Origin: Limnohabitans sp. 15K
GTDB taxonomy: Bacteria; Pseudomonadota; Gammaproteobacteria; Burkholderiales; Burkholderiaceae_C
NCBI RefSeq assembly: GCF_002778285.1
Contig: NZ_NESM01000001.1
Coordinates: 1,121,934-1,153,933 of the forward strand
Reading direction: 5' to 3'
DNA length: 32,000 nucleotides
Part shown: positions 1 through 8,947 of the stretch, piece after piece
Numbering within the stretch: the stretch's first letter is position 1
How the letters are laid out: each line of letters opens with the position of its first letter
Notes under the pieces: model-generated
Told to the model about the DNA's origin: nothing
Database searches by the model: none
The model's input: the letters and a program-made list of their open reading frames with translations, nothing else
Translations under genes and position numbers: made by a program

Positions 1-2
1 AT

Positions 3-164
3 GGCTGGGACGATCTGGGTCAACGCATCCAGATCCGTTGCTTCACCCACGACCCCAGTGTGGGCTCCAGCCTCAAGTTTTTACGTAAAACGCCTTGGGC
101 GCGTGAAAAGGTAGAAAGCCTTTACTTGTTCATGCTGCGCGAGCAAAAAAGACAAGGCTTTTGA
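3..164 (+). CDS. 3' fragment of a small VF530/DUF2132-like protein (5' end lies outside the window)
   Basis: Absent from the ORF track because it has no start in the window. Frame 3 reads [53 protein letters not shown], then TGA at 162-164. The [15 protein letters not shown] stretch matches my memory of this family; not searched. Confidence 0.45.
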   Translation, partial: GWDDLGQRIQIRCFTHDPSVGSSLKFLRKTPWAREKVESLYLFMLREQKRQGF

Positions 165-187
165 AGTGCAGGGCCTGAGCACCTCGC

Positions 188-643
188 TCAGTCCGACAGC
201 ATCGTGCCCCGGCATTTGGCGGCACCACAGCGGCAGACATAACGCGCCTTCAAGGCCTCGGTCATCGGCTCATCACTGAACAAGCCATAGTCAAAGGTCA
301 GCTCTTCGCCTTTGAAAACAGGCCTGCGCGTCATGATGAAAATGCGCCCTTTTCGCTCGTCGGGCACACAATTGGGTCGGCAAGAATGGTTGATCCATTT
401 GGAGTCGTTCCCGCCATAAAGCGCGTCAATCACCAGGCCATCGTCCAAGTGAAAGTAAAAGGTGTGGTCGGGGTTGCTGGCGTCGTGCGGGTGACGGCGG
501 ATCGCCTCGGCCATGGTGATGACCTCCCCCACGTATTCAATCACCCGCTCGCCTGCGGCGATGTGGCGGGTCGCGAACACACCTTTGCCGTGCACGTCAG
601 AAGAATGCACATGGATGGGGCTCAGAACGTTCGTATGGCTCAA
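188..643 (-). CDS. SET-domain protein (putative protein-lysine methyltransferase), 151 aa
   Basis: GKGVFATRHIAAGERVIEYVGEV at the N-terminus, the NHSCRPNC SET signature, ELTFDY, and a Cys-rich post-SET tail CRCGAAKCRG. Confidence 0.85.
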   Translation of the reverse strand: MSHTNVLSPIHVHSSDVHGKGVFATRHIAAGERVIEYVGEVITMAEAIRRHPHDASNPDHTFYFHLDDGLVIDALYGGNDSKWINHSCRPNCVPDERKGRIFIMTRRPVFKGEELTFDYGLFSDEPMTEALKARYVCRCGAAKCRGTMLSD

Positions 644-762
644 AGTGGGTGTTCAACAGGGTGAGGTGAAGGGCGGTGAGGCGAGGCCTGACTATAGAGA
701 CTTTGCACCGCATCACGGCAGCGACAGCCCTGCGAACTTGACTCTGTTTTAATTTATTCACA

Positions 763-2274
763 TTGCAGCAAACACAAAGGCAGACCGGTATGTCACTCGT
801 CATGGGTTGGGAAGAATGGGCCAAGCACGATGCGGTCGGGCTGGCCGAGCGGGTGCGCCTTGGCGATGTGACACCCACTGAGCTGGCCCAGCAGGCGGCA
901 GCCGGCATTGCCAAAGTCAACCCGACGCTCAGCGCCGTGGTCGAAGTGTTTGACGACCTGCTGACCGACCCCACCCGCGACGGCATGAACCCGGGCGGCC
1001 CCTTTGCGGGCGTGCCCTACCTGATGAAAGACCTGGGCCCGACGCTGAAGGGCCGCTTGCAGGAAATGGGCTCGCTCTTGATGCGTGGCAACCGCGCCAC
1101 CGCTGACAGCTACCTGGCGAGCCGCATCAAACACGCCGGGCTCAACGTGATCGGCCGCACCACCACACCCGAGTTTGGCGTGTGCAGCTCGGCAGAAAAC
1201 CCGGCCGTGTACGTGACGCGCAACCCCTGGAATTTGGAATACACCACCTGCGGCTCGTCGGCGGGCACGGCGGCGGCGCTGGCGGCAGGCGTGCTGCCCC
1301 TGTCGCACGCCACCGATGGCGGTGGCTCGATCCGAATCCCGGCAGGCTTCAACGGCAACATTGGCCTGAAGGCCTCGCGTGGCGTGTTCTCGATCGCACC
1401 TGGCGCTTCCGACATCACCGGCTTTGTGTCGACGCAGGGGTGTCAGAGCCGAACCGTGCGCGACACCGCCGCGTTTGTGGACCATTGCCGTGGCGGCGCA
1501 CCGGGCGAGTTCATGCCCTATTGGTCGCCCGCCGAGCCCTACAGCCAGCTCATTCAACGCGACCCGGGGCGCTTGCGCATCGCCTTGTCGCACGAGTGGG
1601 GCCACTACCGGGCCGTGCCGCACTTTGTGGCCGAGCTCGAAAAGGCCGGGCGCTTTTTGGAGAGTCTGGGCCACCACGTTGAATGGGCCCTGCCCCAAGT
1701 GGACCTGGAAGCCGCGTTTGCCGCGCAGACCACCTGCTACATCAGCAACTTTGCGCAGACCATCACCAACCTGATCAAGCCCATGGGGCTAGAGCGCCCG
1801 CCTGCTGATTTGGTGGAGCCGATCAACATCAAGATCTGGGAAGAAGGCCTCAAAACCAGCTACGCCGAACGCGCCCGCATGCAGGCCGTGTTCAACACCA
1901 CCTCACGCGGCTTTGGCGAATTCTTTGAGCAATGGGACATCATCCTCACGCCCATCACTGCGCTGCCCACGCCCAAGCTGGGCACGACCGAATACCTGAC
2001 GATCAGCAGCAACCCTTCTGTTTACGGCTGGTTTGAGAACCTCTGGCAAAACTTCGCCTACACCCCGCTGTCTAACCTGTGCGGCATCCCTGGCATTTCA
2101 CTGCCCATGGCCAAGCAAGAAAACGGCCTGCCTTTGGGCATTCACGCCCAAGCACGCCAAGCCAACGATGGGCTGCTGCTGCAACTGGCGGCGCAGATTG
2201 AACGGGCGCTGGGTGGAAAGTGGAACGAGGGGCTTAGGCCAGGGGTGCATGTGGCTCAGGTCACACCTCAGTGA
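763..2274 (+). CDS. Amidase-signature family amidase (about 500 aa)
   Basis: Contains CGSSAGTAAALAAG and ATDGGGSIRIPA, the Gly/Ser-rich amidase signature. High-GC codon usage. Start is uncertain: ATG at 763, 790 or 802, with AAGG about 10 nt before 790. Confidence 0.9.
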   Translation: MQQTQRQTGMSLVMGWEEWAKHDAVGLAERVRLGDVTPTELAQQAAAGIAKVNPTLSAVVEVFDDLLTDPTRDGMNPGGPFAGVPYLMKDLGPTLKGRLQEMGSLLMRGNRATADSYLASRIKHAGLNVIGRTTTPEFGVCSSAENPAVYVTRNPWNLEYTTCGSSAGTAAALAAGVLPLSHATDGGGSIRIPAGFNGNIGLKASRGVFSIAPGASDITGFVSTQGCQSRTVRDTAAFVDHCRGGAPGEFMPYWSPAEPYSQLIQRDPGRLRIALSHEWGHYRAVPHFVAELEKAGRFLESLGHHVEWALPQVDLEAAFAAQTTCYISNFAQTITNLIKPMGLERPPADLVEPINIKIWEEGLKTSYAERARMQAVFNTTSRGFGEFFEQWDIILTPITALPTPKLGTTEYLTISSNPSVYGWFENLWQNFAYTPLSNLCGIPGISLPMAKQENGLPLGIHAQARQANDGLLLQLAAQIERALGGKWNEGLRPGVHVAQVTPQ

Positions 2275-2291
2275 AGGCCTTGTCTGACAAA

Positions 2292-3650
2292 TCAGTTGAG
2301 TTTGAGAAGAGTGACCGATGCAACCACATTTTCTTCTGTTCCTCCGCTGAGACTTTGCAGGCCCACTGCAGCGGCGGAATGGTAATTGACCAAGGTGACC
2401 GTGTCGCCTTTTTCCAACCTCACAATGACTTGTCCATTGTTTTGTTGTGTACCGGCTCCAGACCCATAAATGGATCCGGGAACCACTCTCCCATTGACGA
2501 AGATGGCAAACTGATTGGACTGAGTTCCGGACACTGAAAAACTGACAAGATAATTCCCATTTTCCAAAATGCTTATATCTGAAGAGCCCGCTTTGTTTTC
2601 GATGTTCACCAAGCCACTTTGACCATCAAACAACACGGCCGCATCAATGGCCACATCTTGTCGAATCAGTGCATAGATGTAACCGTAAGCCGACAGTCCA
2701 CCACCTGCTGGTCCGGTGGCACCGGTAGCGCCCGTTGCGCCCTGTGCACCTGTCCCTCCCGCTGCACCTGCTGCACCCGTTGCACCTGTTTCACCGTTGC
2801 AGATGTAGGTTGTAGAAGTGACTTCCAAGGCGTCCAGTGAATTGTTGGAATTGCTGTCAACGCCAGACTTGGCGACGACCCCTCCGGTCAAACAATGAAT
2901 GCCAGGCAACTCGGTAGCAATGGTCACCAAGGACTTCAAACCATTTGCCCCAGTTGCGCCGTTAGAGCCAGCAGCTCCAGAAGCGCCAGTTGAACCTGCT
3001 GCGCCGTTATTGCCGGTGGCACCAGTAGCACCTGCTGAACCGTTAGCCCCAGCAGCGCCAGTCGCACCCGCTGCGCCATTATTACCAGTTGCACCGGTCG
3101 CACCGGCTAACCCGCTTGCTCCTGTAGCGCCAGTGGCACCATTTGTCCCGTTGAGTCCAGCCGTTCCATTCAAGCCCGAATTGCCGCTGGAACCGTTGTT
3201 CCCGTTGTTGCCGTTGCATATGTAATTTGAGGATGTGACCTCCGATGCATTGAGTGTTTTGTCTTGATTCGAGTCGAACCCTGCACTCACTTGAGTTCCG
3301 CCAGTAGAACAATTTATCCCAGGCAATTCACCAGCGACAACAACAAGTGCACTCAAACCGCTTGTGCCTGCTAAGCCATTGAAGCCAGTTAAACCGGGTA
3401 TGCCGTTCGTTCCATTGCATATGTATTGTGTGCCCGTGATCTCTGTATTTTGCAAAACGAGGTCGTGGTTGGCATCCACCCCCGAATTGACCGTAACACC
3501 TCCGCTGGCGCAAGCGCTCAAGGGTGCTTCATTTTGAATGGCGAGTTTGATGGATTGTGCTGACAAATCATTGGATGCAACTCCCCCACAAGCCGTGAGG
3601 ATGGAAACCAGAAAAAGCACAGTTACCCGTTGAATATTACGTATCGTCAT
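2292..3650 (-). CDS. Secreted lipoprotein with collagen-like G-X-Y tracts and a BclA/C1q-like C-terminal head domain, 452 aa
   Basis: Lipobox ILTAC (Cys21). Three repeats of a C..GG....SG.D.N.D..L...E(V/I)T...YICNG module, each followed by G-X-Y triplets: about 6, then 30 uninterrupted (G147 to G237, nt 2940-3212), then about 10. The C-terminal ~135 aa (GLSAYGYIY...VTLLKLN) resembles the beta-jellyroll head of Bacillus BclA / C1q-TNF-like proteins, from memory. Confidence 0.8.
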   Translation of the reverse strand: MTIRNIQRVTVLFLVSILTACGGVASNDLSAQSIKLAIQNEAPLSACASGGVTVNSGVDANHDLVLQNTEITGTQYICNGTNGIPGLTGFNGLAGTSGLSALVVVAGELPGINCSTGGTQVSAGFDSNQDKTLNASEVTSSNYICNGNNGNNGSSGNSGLNGTAGLNGTNGATGATGASGLAGATGATGNNGAAGATGAAGANGSAGATGATGNNGAAGSTGASGAAGSNGATGANGLKSLVTIATELPGIHCLTGGVVAKSGVDSNSNNSLDALEVTSTTYICNGETGATGAAGAAGGTGAQGATGATGATGPAGGGLSAYGYIYALIRQDVAIDAAVLFDGQSGLVNIENKAGSSDISILENGNYLVSFSVSGTQSNQFAIFVNGRVVPGSIYGSGAGTQQNNGQVIVRLEKGDTVTLVNYHSAAAVGLQSLSGGTEENVVASVTLLKLN

Positions 3651-3857
3651 TTGCAGTGATCAAAGCGAGTTCTTGTCAAAAAATTTCGACAATTCATTTT
3701 GATCACTCAAGTCGATGGCGTCTGTGAACCAACGAACCGAATCGCTCAGAACAAGCAGCACGACTCGACACCGGTCCCAGACGCGCGACGGGTTCAGGCG
3801 GCTTGAACTGTTGACCGCCTTTAGCAGGCCCGTTACTTACTCAACAGTGACGGACTG

Positions 3858-3878
3858 GTTCAGGTAGTGAGTAATTTT
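3858..3878 (+). repeat. Left terminal inverted repeat (IR-L), candidate attL
   Basis: GTTCAGGTAGTGAGTAATTTT read directly; its partner is at 16372-16392 on the opposite strand, with a single mismatch at position 7 (G vs C). Confidence 0.75.
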
Positions 3879-3893
3879 TGTGTTCATAAATTT

Positions 3894-5561
3894 CTATCCT
3901 CGACCGTCTTTTTTTTTGCAGACCAGAGAGACGGTGTCTGTTCCTGGAGTCACTTCGTATTCCCGAGCTTGCTGCCCATCTCGTACAACTTTGATGCCGT
4001 CATTGACGATGGGCAGATGCATTGTCAGCGTTAATTCGTGCTCTCGATTATCGCTTTCATAGCGTACATCGATCCGCTTTACCAAACCGCCGATGTACTC
4101 CTTCTTCTGCTCATCAGTCAAAACGTCCAGCGTCTCTACTTCGTCGCCAAACTCTTTCACCCAGTTCACCCACTTCCGTGATTCGTCTGTGCCAGCCAAT
4201 TCAAGCCGTGAATTAGCAAGCTCGGCTTCGATGTTACCTAGTGCTTCACGAATACGAACCAGCGTGACAGCAAAGCTGAGATCACTGACAGCACCAAGCA
4301 ATTTGTTCGCCTCAAGATTGCCGAGTGTTTCATTCATCTTCGAATGATCTTTCTGGAGTTTGCGAATTTTGGCTTGAAGCGCTTTGATCTCAGCATCAGT
4401 GCGGATCTTGATACCGTTCTCTTTGAGCACCCGATTTTTGACTTCTTCCTTCAGTGTGCTCGACTTCGCATGAAGTGATGTGACCAGCTCCCAGACCAAC
4501 TTATCAGTCTGGGGAATGTTCATGGCACGTGCAAACCCACAGCCCATGCCACGCTTCCACGGGGATTCTGATCCACCCTTCTCAACCCATTCACGCTCTT
4601 TGTTGGGACAGTAGTAAGAAGACTCAGCGCGGGACTTGATGATCCGACCACTGATGGGTCGACCACAATGCCCACAGAACATCAAATCACGCAAAAGATA
4701 GAAGTGTTTTGACGTTGCGTTTTTCTGAGACTGCCTCAGCACCTCGCTAGTACGCTTGTGCTGAGCCGCATTCCAAGTGATCTGGTCAATGATGCTTGGG
4801 CATTGAACTTCAATCGTCTGTCCAGACTTGCTGTCTGTATAGATGTAATGCCCAGAGTAGTGCGTATTTTTCAATAGCGCATTGATTGATCCAATCGTCC
4901 ACAAGCCTTTCTTGCGGCGTGGGCTGACACCATTGGAATCCAAGACTTGTTTGATGTACGTTGCGGCGCCACCTTTCACAATCTCTTGAAAGATACGCTT
5001 GACCCACTTGGCTTCTTCATCGACCACAACAAGTTTTCTGTTTTCGAGCTTGTAGCCGAATGGTGGAGGTCCGCCGTGCCAGCTGCCAGAACGAACACGG
5101 TTCATCTTGCCAAGCCGTGTTCGCTCAGCTCGTGTGACGTTGTCAAACTCAGCAACAGCATCCAGCAATTGCTTCAAAAACTTGTCTTGCGGGGATGACA
5201 GATCAAACTGCCCATCCTTGGTGTACAGCGTGACACCCTGCTTGTTGCACTCATACCGAAAGACAGAAGCGACTTGGTCGTTGCGTGACAAGCGAGACTG
5301 GTCATAAACCCACAGATGCTTGACCTGCCCTGCCTTCATCGCCACATAGAGCGCATTCAGTTCAGGACGATCAGCGATGTTTTCATGATGGGAGCTGCGA
5401 CCACCTTCGTTCCAAACCTTGAAGTCAAATCCAAGCTCTTTAGCTTTCTTGACCCCTAGGTCCCGCTGTGATTCAAGTGATGTGCCCTGCTCAGCCTGTG
5501 CGGTTGTAGACACACGGGTGTAGATGTGGAGCGTGTTATCTGCTGATGTTGCGCCTGTCAC
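3894..5561 (-). CDS. Large serine recombinase (integrase/transposase type), 555 aa, GTG start
   Basis: N-terminal resolvase catalytic motif IYTRVSTTAQ. Central recombinase domain (PPPFGYKL...WTIGSINALLKNTHYSGHY). Zinc-ribbon Cys cluster (CGHCGRPISG...YYCPNK...GCGF). A coiled-coil-like stretch follows (LQAKIRKLQKDHSKMNETLGNLEANKLL). Confidence 0.9.
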   Translation of the reverse strand: MTGATSADNTLHIYTRVSTTAQAEQGTSLESQRDLGVKKAKELGFDFKVWNEGGRSSHHENIADRPELNALYVAMKAGQVKHLWVYDQSRLSRNDQVASVFRYECNKQGVTLYTKDGQFDLSSPQDKFLKQLLDAVAEFDNVTRAERTRLGKMNRVRSGSWHGGPPPFGYKLENRKLVVVDEEAKWVKRIFQEIVKGGAATYIKQVLDSNGVSPRRKKGLWTIGSINALLKNTHYSGHYIYTDSKSGQTIEVQCPSIIDQITWNAAQHKRTSEVLRQSQKNATSKHFYLLRDLMFCGHCGRPISGRIIKSRAESSYYCPNKEREWVEKGGSESPWKRGMGCGFARAMNIPQTDKLVWELVTSLHAKSSTLKEEVKNRVLKENGIKIRTDAEIKALQAKIRKLQKDHSKMNETLGNLEANKLLGAVSDLSFAVTLVRIREALGNIEAELANSRLELAGTDESRKWVNWVKEFGDEVETLDVLTDEQKKEYIGGLVKRIDVRYESDNREHELTLTMHLPIVNDGIKVVRDGQQAREYEVTPGTDTVSLVCKKKDGRG

Positions 5562-5674
5562 GGAATGTCTCTCAATATTCTTTATTTTGCCTAAAAACTA
5601 AGCATATTCCCTTTGACATCAAATTCCTACACGTCATTGGAAAACACCAGCAAAATATGCCAATTTTGAATTAA

Positions 5675-5701
5675 TCAAGCGTCTAGTAACGGGACGCTTG
5701 A
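5675..5701 (+). repeat. Hairpin repeat copy A (9-bp arms, 9-nt spacer)
   Basis: TCAAGCGTC TAGTAACGG GACGCTTGA. The central 21 nt match copy B (12486-12512) at 19/21 in the same orientation. It lies 2 nt past the stop of the 5703-6605 gene. Confidence 0.65.
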
Positions 5702-5702
5702 A

Positions 5703-6605
5703 TCACCAGATCGCTCCACGCACATACCGCTGACGCAATCTGTTCCAGTTGATTTCGCTGATGCCAGGAGGACTCCATTTCCCTTCATCGACTGCTTTGT
5801 CCATCGCCTTCTTTTGTTCATTTGTCCATCGCTTGCGTGATTTGACAGCCTCATAAGACGGGAACTGACCAATTTCGGCATTAGCAATCAATGCTTCGGC
5901 TCGATTAGTCATACGAATGACAGCAACACGCATAACCCTCTCCTTGAGAATTCTGTCTTTCAGTGGCTCGCCTGCACGCCTCTTATGCAGAGGCGAAATC
6001 CCAAGTTCCGCACCGATGTCATACAGGTCCATCTTGATTGGCTTATCACCAGTTGATGGATGTGTCATTTCATAGTCAAGCATTGATCGCATGTGCCAGA
6101 CACGAACAGCCGATTCAAGAACTTTCATTCGGATGCCCTTGACCTTCAGCAATCGGAACTGAGCATCGCCTTTCCTGATCTTGCGATCCTCAATTTCACG
6201 AATGAGCTCTAAGAACTGACGTTTTAGCGTCTTCTCCGAAATGTTCGTCGGAATGCTTAGCAACATGCGTTCTGAATTCCGAAGATGCTCATGCAACGAC
6301 ATCTCATCCACACGTTCTATCTTCGGCGGTGTCATCTGCTCTTGAAATAGTGCGAATCCAGTGTCGATCCACCATCCAGCGAAGTCCTTTGAAAGGACAT
6401 CACCAAAAGCCTGCCAGACCTGTTTTAGATCTGGATCAAGCGTCTTTCCCTTCTGCTTGCACACCCACCAGTAATCCTTGCTACAGCGCAAAGCCTCAAA
6501 CCACCATCGGTAGGGACTTACAGCCGCCCGCTCAAGTATTTCGAAATGGCTACGGGCTGTAAAGCCACTTATGCCCTTAAAAAAGAGTGTATTTTTTTCG
6601 TTCAC
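5703..6605 (-). CDS. Hypothetical protein with a probable C-terminal HTH, 300 aa
   Basis: Long ORF, divergent from the 6729 operon. Trp-rich N-terminus (RWWFEALRCSKDYWWVC). The segment MDLYDIGAELGISPLHKRR...RVAVIRMTNRAEALIANAE looks HTH/sigma-region-4-like. No family recognised. Confidence 0.7.
   Translation of the reverse strand: MNEKNTLFFKGISGFTARSHFEILERAAVSPYRWWFEALRCSKDYWWVCKQKGKTLDPDLKQVWQAFGDVLSKDFAGWWIDTGFALFQEQMTPPKIERVDEMSLHEHLRNSERMLLSIPTNISEKTLKRQFLELIREIEDRKIRKGDAQFRLLKVKGIRMKVLESAVRVWHMRSMLDYEMTHPSTGDKPIKMDLYDIGAELGISPLHKRRAGEPLKDRILKERVMRVAVIRMTNRAEALIANAEIGQFPSYEAVKSRKRWTNEQKKAMDKAVDEGKWSPPGISEINWNRLRQRYVRGAIW
6384..6401. repeat. Palindrome family copy 1 (GTCCTTTGAAAGGACATC)
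   Basis: This 18-mer is identical to 12515-12532. The core GTCCTTT-G-AAAGGAC is a 7+1+7 palindrome. It lies inside the 5703-6605 CDS, where the minus strand encodes DVLSKD. Confidence 0.7.
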
Positions 6606-6728
6606 GGTTATCAGTTTAATTCATATTGATAATTTTATTTGATAGCGAAATACAGTTCATACATCGACAAGACGAAAGCAATTCAGCCCAAGTTTGATGT
6701 TGATACCGCTCAACTAAAGGAGATACCT

Positions 6729-7544
6729 ATGAGCAAAAAGAACGTCGCAGCCGCTGCTAAAAATTCCGCAGCAATTCCAACTCAGTCCACCGGCGCAAGC
6801 ATCAGCACCACGATGATGCGACGCATCAGCGATCTGGCGATTCGCCGCGAAGCGTGGGAGACCACTGAGTACAACCGCTCCAATCAAGCTCTTTATGGCG
6901 TGATTGCAGAGTGTCTCAACCTGTACCTCGATTTGACAAGCGGTACAGACATCAAATTGAAGAAGCAAGGGCTGGAAAACTTCATCAAGACGAAAGGGTA
7001 TGTTTTCAAAGAAAGCTCGCCACTTTCCTTGAAAGTCATCCGCTGTGTGTTCGGTGATCGTGACCGTCGCCGCCTGTCGACGTATCACACCGTCCTGCTT
7101 GCTGCAATTGCCGATAAATGGGCAGTGAGCGATGTTGCAAAAAATATTGCCGATTGCGGCGGCGTGCAGGAAATCTCCATGCGAAAGCCCGGTGGCATGT
7201 CTGCAAAAGACAAAGCAAATGCTGCTCGTGCCTCACTGATGAATCAGTCAATTGCTACGCTGAGCAGTGATGCAATTTTCAAGCAGTTCAACAAGGAACA
7301 TGAAGCAGAGACCGCTGTCGCAGTTATGACTCTAAACAGCGATGGTACTTACAGCGTTCACTGTGTAGTCCGAAGCGCAACCGCAGTCAATGCAGCACTG
7401 GCGGGGTATTTCTCCGCCAACAAAGAAGTCTTGGTCGGGCTTCAAGAGCAACAAAAAGCGCAAGCCGCCGAGGCTGAAAAAGCCCAATTAATTGCGAACG
7501 CGGTATCAGCCGCCAACGATGCACAGACGGAACTTGCCGCCTGA
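6729..7544 (+). CDS. Hypothetical protein, 271 aa, with an Ala/Gln-rich coiled-coil-like C-terminus
   Basis: ORF 6639-7544 trimmed to the ATG at 6729, which is preceded by AAGGAG (6718-6723). No family recognised. Confidence 0.7.
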   Translation: MSKKNVAAAAKNSAAIPTQSTGASISTTMMRRISDLAIRREAWETTEYNRSNQALYGVIAECLNLYLDLTSGTDIKLKKQGLENFIKTKGYVFKESSPLSLKVIRCVFGDRDRRRLSTYHTVLLAAIADKWAVSDVAKNIADCGGVQEISMRKPGGMSAKDKANAARASLMNQSIATLSSDAIFKQFNKEHEAETAVAVMTLNSDGTYSVHCVVRSATAVNAALAGYFSANKEVLVGLQEQQKAQAAEAEKAQLIANAVSAANDAQTELAA

Positions 7545-7598
7545 ACGAAATCGAGTGCGGGACCTTTCCCGCACTCACTAACCAGTAAAGGAATTCAA

Positions 7599-8273
7599 AT
7601 GATGAACGACAAAGAATTTTTGCCCATATCTCTTGATGAGATTGTGATTTCTGATGTCCTTTCAAAGGACATGTTGACGAAGATCGTCAACAAAGTGATC
7701 CCATTTCCCGCTTTTGGAAAATGCGGAATCATCCTTCACGGACCGTACGGAACCGGAAAGACAACGCTGGGGAAACTGATCCCCGATTTGATGGAGAAAG
7801 CGCGCGGCGGGTGCAATGCTCACTCCGATTTTTATCAATGTGCGCAGGGCATGAATGGCGTGACATTGGTAAGTCAAATTCAGACAGCGACTCAGTACGT
7901 CAGTCTGAATGGCAGCGGTCTTCACTATTCCATCTTGGATGAGGTGGACAACATGACCGTAGCTGCCCAAGCATCACTCAAGGCAATCATGACGGGACTG
8001 CACGGTATTTTCATCATGACCACAAACGACATCACGGCTGTGGACAAGGGGGTCGTGAACCGCAGTCACGTGATTCACATGATGGCAGCGAAACCGCATG
8101 ACTGGCTGCCATTGGTCAAGCGAGTGATTACAGCTTGCGGTGCACCTTTACCGCCTGATGCGTCATTGATTCCAGTGATCGGGGCGTGCAACGGGTCTGC
8201 CCGTGACATCTGTAGTGCCGCTGTCGAAGTTGCAATCCAGTCAATTCAAACAGGAGGCTCTAATGTGCTCTGA
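7599..8273 (+). CDS. Small AAA+ ATPase, clamp-loader (RFC small subunit / gp44)-like, 224 aa
   Basis: Walker A HGPYGTGKTTLG, Walker B ILDEVDNM followed by AAQASLKAIM (like the RFC DEAD..T..AQ.ALR box), then IFIMTTN and VNRSHVI (SRC-like position). Confidence 0.85.
   Translation: MMNDKEFLPISLDEIVISDVLSKDMLTKIVNKVIPFPAFGKCGIILHGPYGTGKTTLGKLIPDLMEKARGGCNAHSDFYQCAQGMNGVTLVSQIQTATQYVSLNGSGLHYSILDEVDNMTVAAQASLKAIMTGLHGIFIMTTNDITAVDKGVVNRSHVIHMMAAKPHDWLPLVKRVITACGAPLPPDASLIPVIGACNGSARDICSAAVEVAIQSIQTGGSNVL
7653..7673. repeat. Palindrome family copy 2 (perfect 19-bp palindrome ATGTCCTTTCAAAGGACAT plus flanks)
   Basis: The reverse complement of 7653-7673 is identical over 21 nt to 12512-12532 (CATGTCCTTTGAAAGGACATC). 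It lies inside the AAA+ CDS and encodes DVLSKD. Confidence 0.8.
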
Positions 8274-8622
8274 AGACGAACGCTTCGATCTGATTAGAAG
8301 CAAATTAGATGTCTGTCTTTACTGTGATCAAGAATACATTTCGCGTGAGTATTGGAGTATGAAGTCACTCATATTAGAGTATTGCACGCTTTTCTCACCG
8401 AAATCCGAAAATGATTTTGCAGCAAGCACTTGCCTTTGCATTATTGATCTTGCCCTGTTCCTTGATGTAGATGAGATCAATCCAACCTCATCAATTGAAC
8501 TAAGTCGCCTGCTCCGCATTGATGAAGAATTGAAGTTGTATTGTCAGAATCAATTTCTGAATAATCACCGAATTCCGATTGAAAAACTAAAAATTGCGAC
8601 AGATGCTTTAGCAATGATTTAG
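8263..8622 (+). CDS. Hypothetical protein, 119 aa
   Basis: ORF 8203-8622 trimmed to the ATG at 8263, which is preceded by AGGAGG (8252-8257). It overlaps the upstream stop by 11 nt, suggesting operon coupling. Confidence 0.6.
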   Translation: MCSEDERFDLIRSKLDVCLYCDQEYISREYWSMKSLILEYCTLFSPKSENDFAASTCLCIIDLALFLDVDEINPTSSIELSRLLRIDEELKLYCQNQFLNNHRIPIEKLKIATDALAMI

Positions 8623-8702
8623 CCAATGTTAGCAACACATCAGCCTGATAAAAATCCAGCCTTGTGCAGGAATGCCAGTCAATTCAACTTTGAGGTAAAA
8701 TT

Positions 8703-8897
8703 ATGGAACAGAAAAAATTTCGTTTTCAAGTAAAAGTCAGAGCGGAACTTGTTTATATTAAAGAAGTGTATTTATCTGATCGCGAATCCGCAGCGGAGTA
8801 TGCCAACCATATTCTTGATAACGAGATTTTCGAGGACTGGGAGTTTCATTTATATGAAACTGGTGAATCATCATGCCGAATTTACGAAGAAAAATAA
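8703..8897 (+). CDS. Small acidic hypothetical protein, 64 aa
   Basis: ATG preceded by GAGGT; followed directly by a terminator hairpin. Confidence 0.5.
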   Translation: MEQKKFRFQVKVRAELVYIKEVYLSDRESAAEYANHILDNEIFEDWEFHLYETGESSCRIYEEK

Positions 8898-8904
8898 ACT
8901 AATT

Positions 8905-8927
8905 GCCAGCCTTGAGCTGGCTTTTTT
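8905..8927 (+). terminator. Rho-independent terminator between convergent genes
   Basis: GCCAGC CTTGA GCTGGC followed by TTTTTT. An A-rich run upstream means it could work in both directions. Confidence 0.7.
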
Positions 8928-8947
8928 GTTGTCCTTTAGCAGGACGA

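Noticed and set aside
793-1698. Long antisense or alternative-frame ORFs inside high-GC genes. Examples are 793-1698, 1182-1682, 16461-17951, 18354-18878, 18764-19336, 19109-19786, 20356-21261, 25773-26336, 28638-29144 and 31057-31995.
   Set aside because: They overlap genes with clear family signatures on the other strand or frame. Their Arg/Ala/Gly/Pro-rich composition is typical of stop-codon-poor high-GC DNA.
2899-3225. Pro/Ala-rich 108-aa ORF ([13 protein letters not shown]...) on the plus strand.
   Set aside because: It is the antisense reading of the G-X-Y collagen-like repeats of the 2292-3650 gene, so it is an artefact of repeat composition.
3909-3917. A T9 (A9 on the coding strand) homopolymer in the recombinase gene, as a possible phase-variation tract.
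   Set aside because: It encodes KKK only 7 codons before the stop, so slippage would change just the extreme C-terminus.
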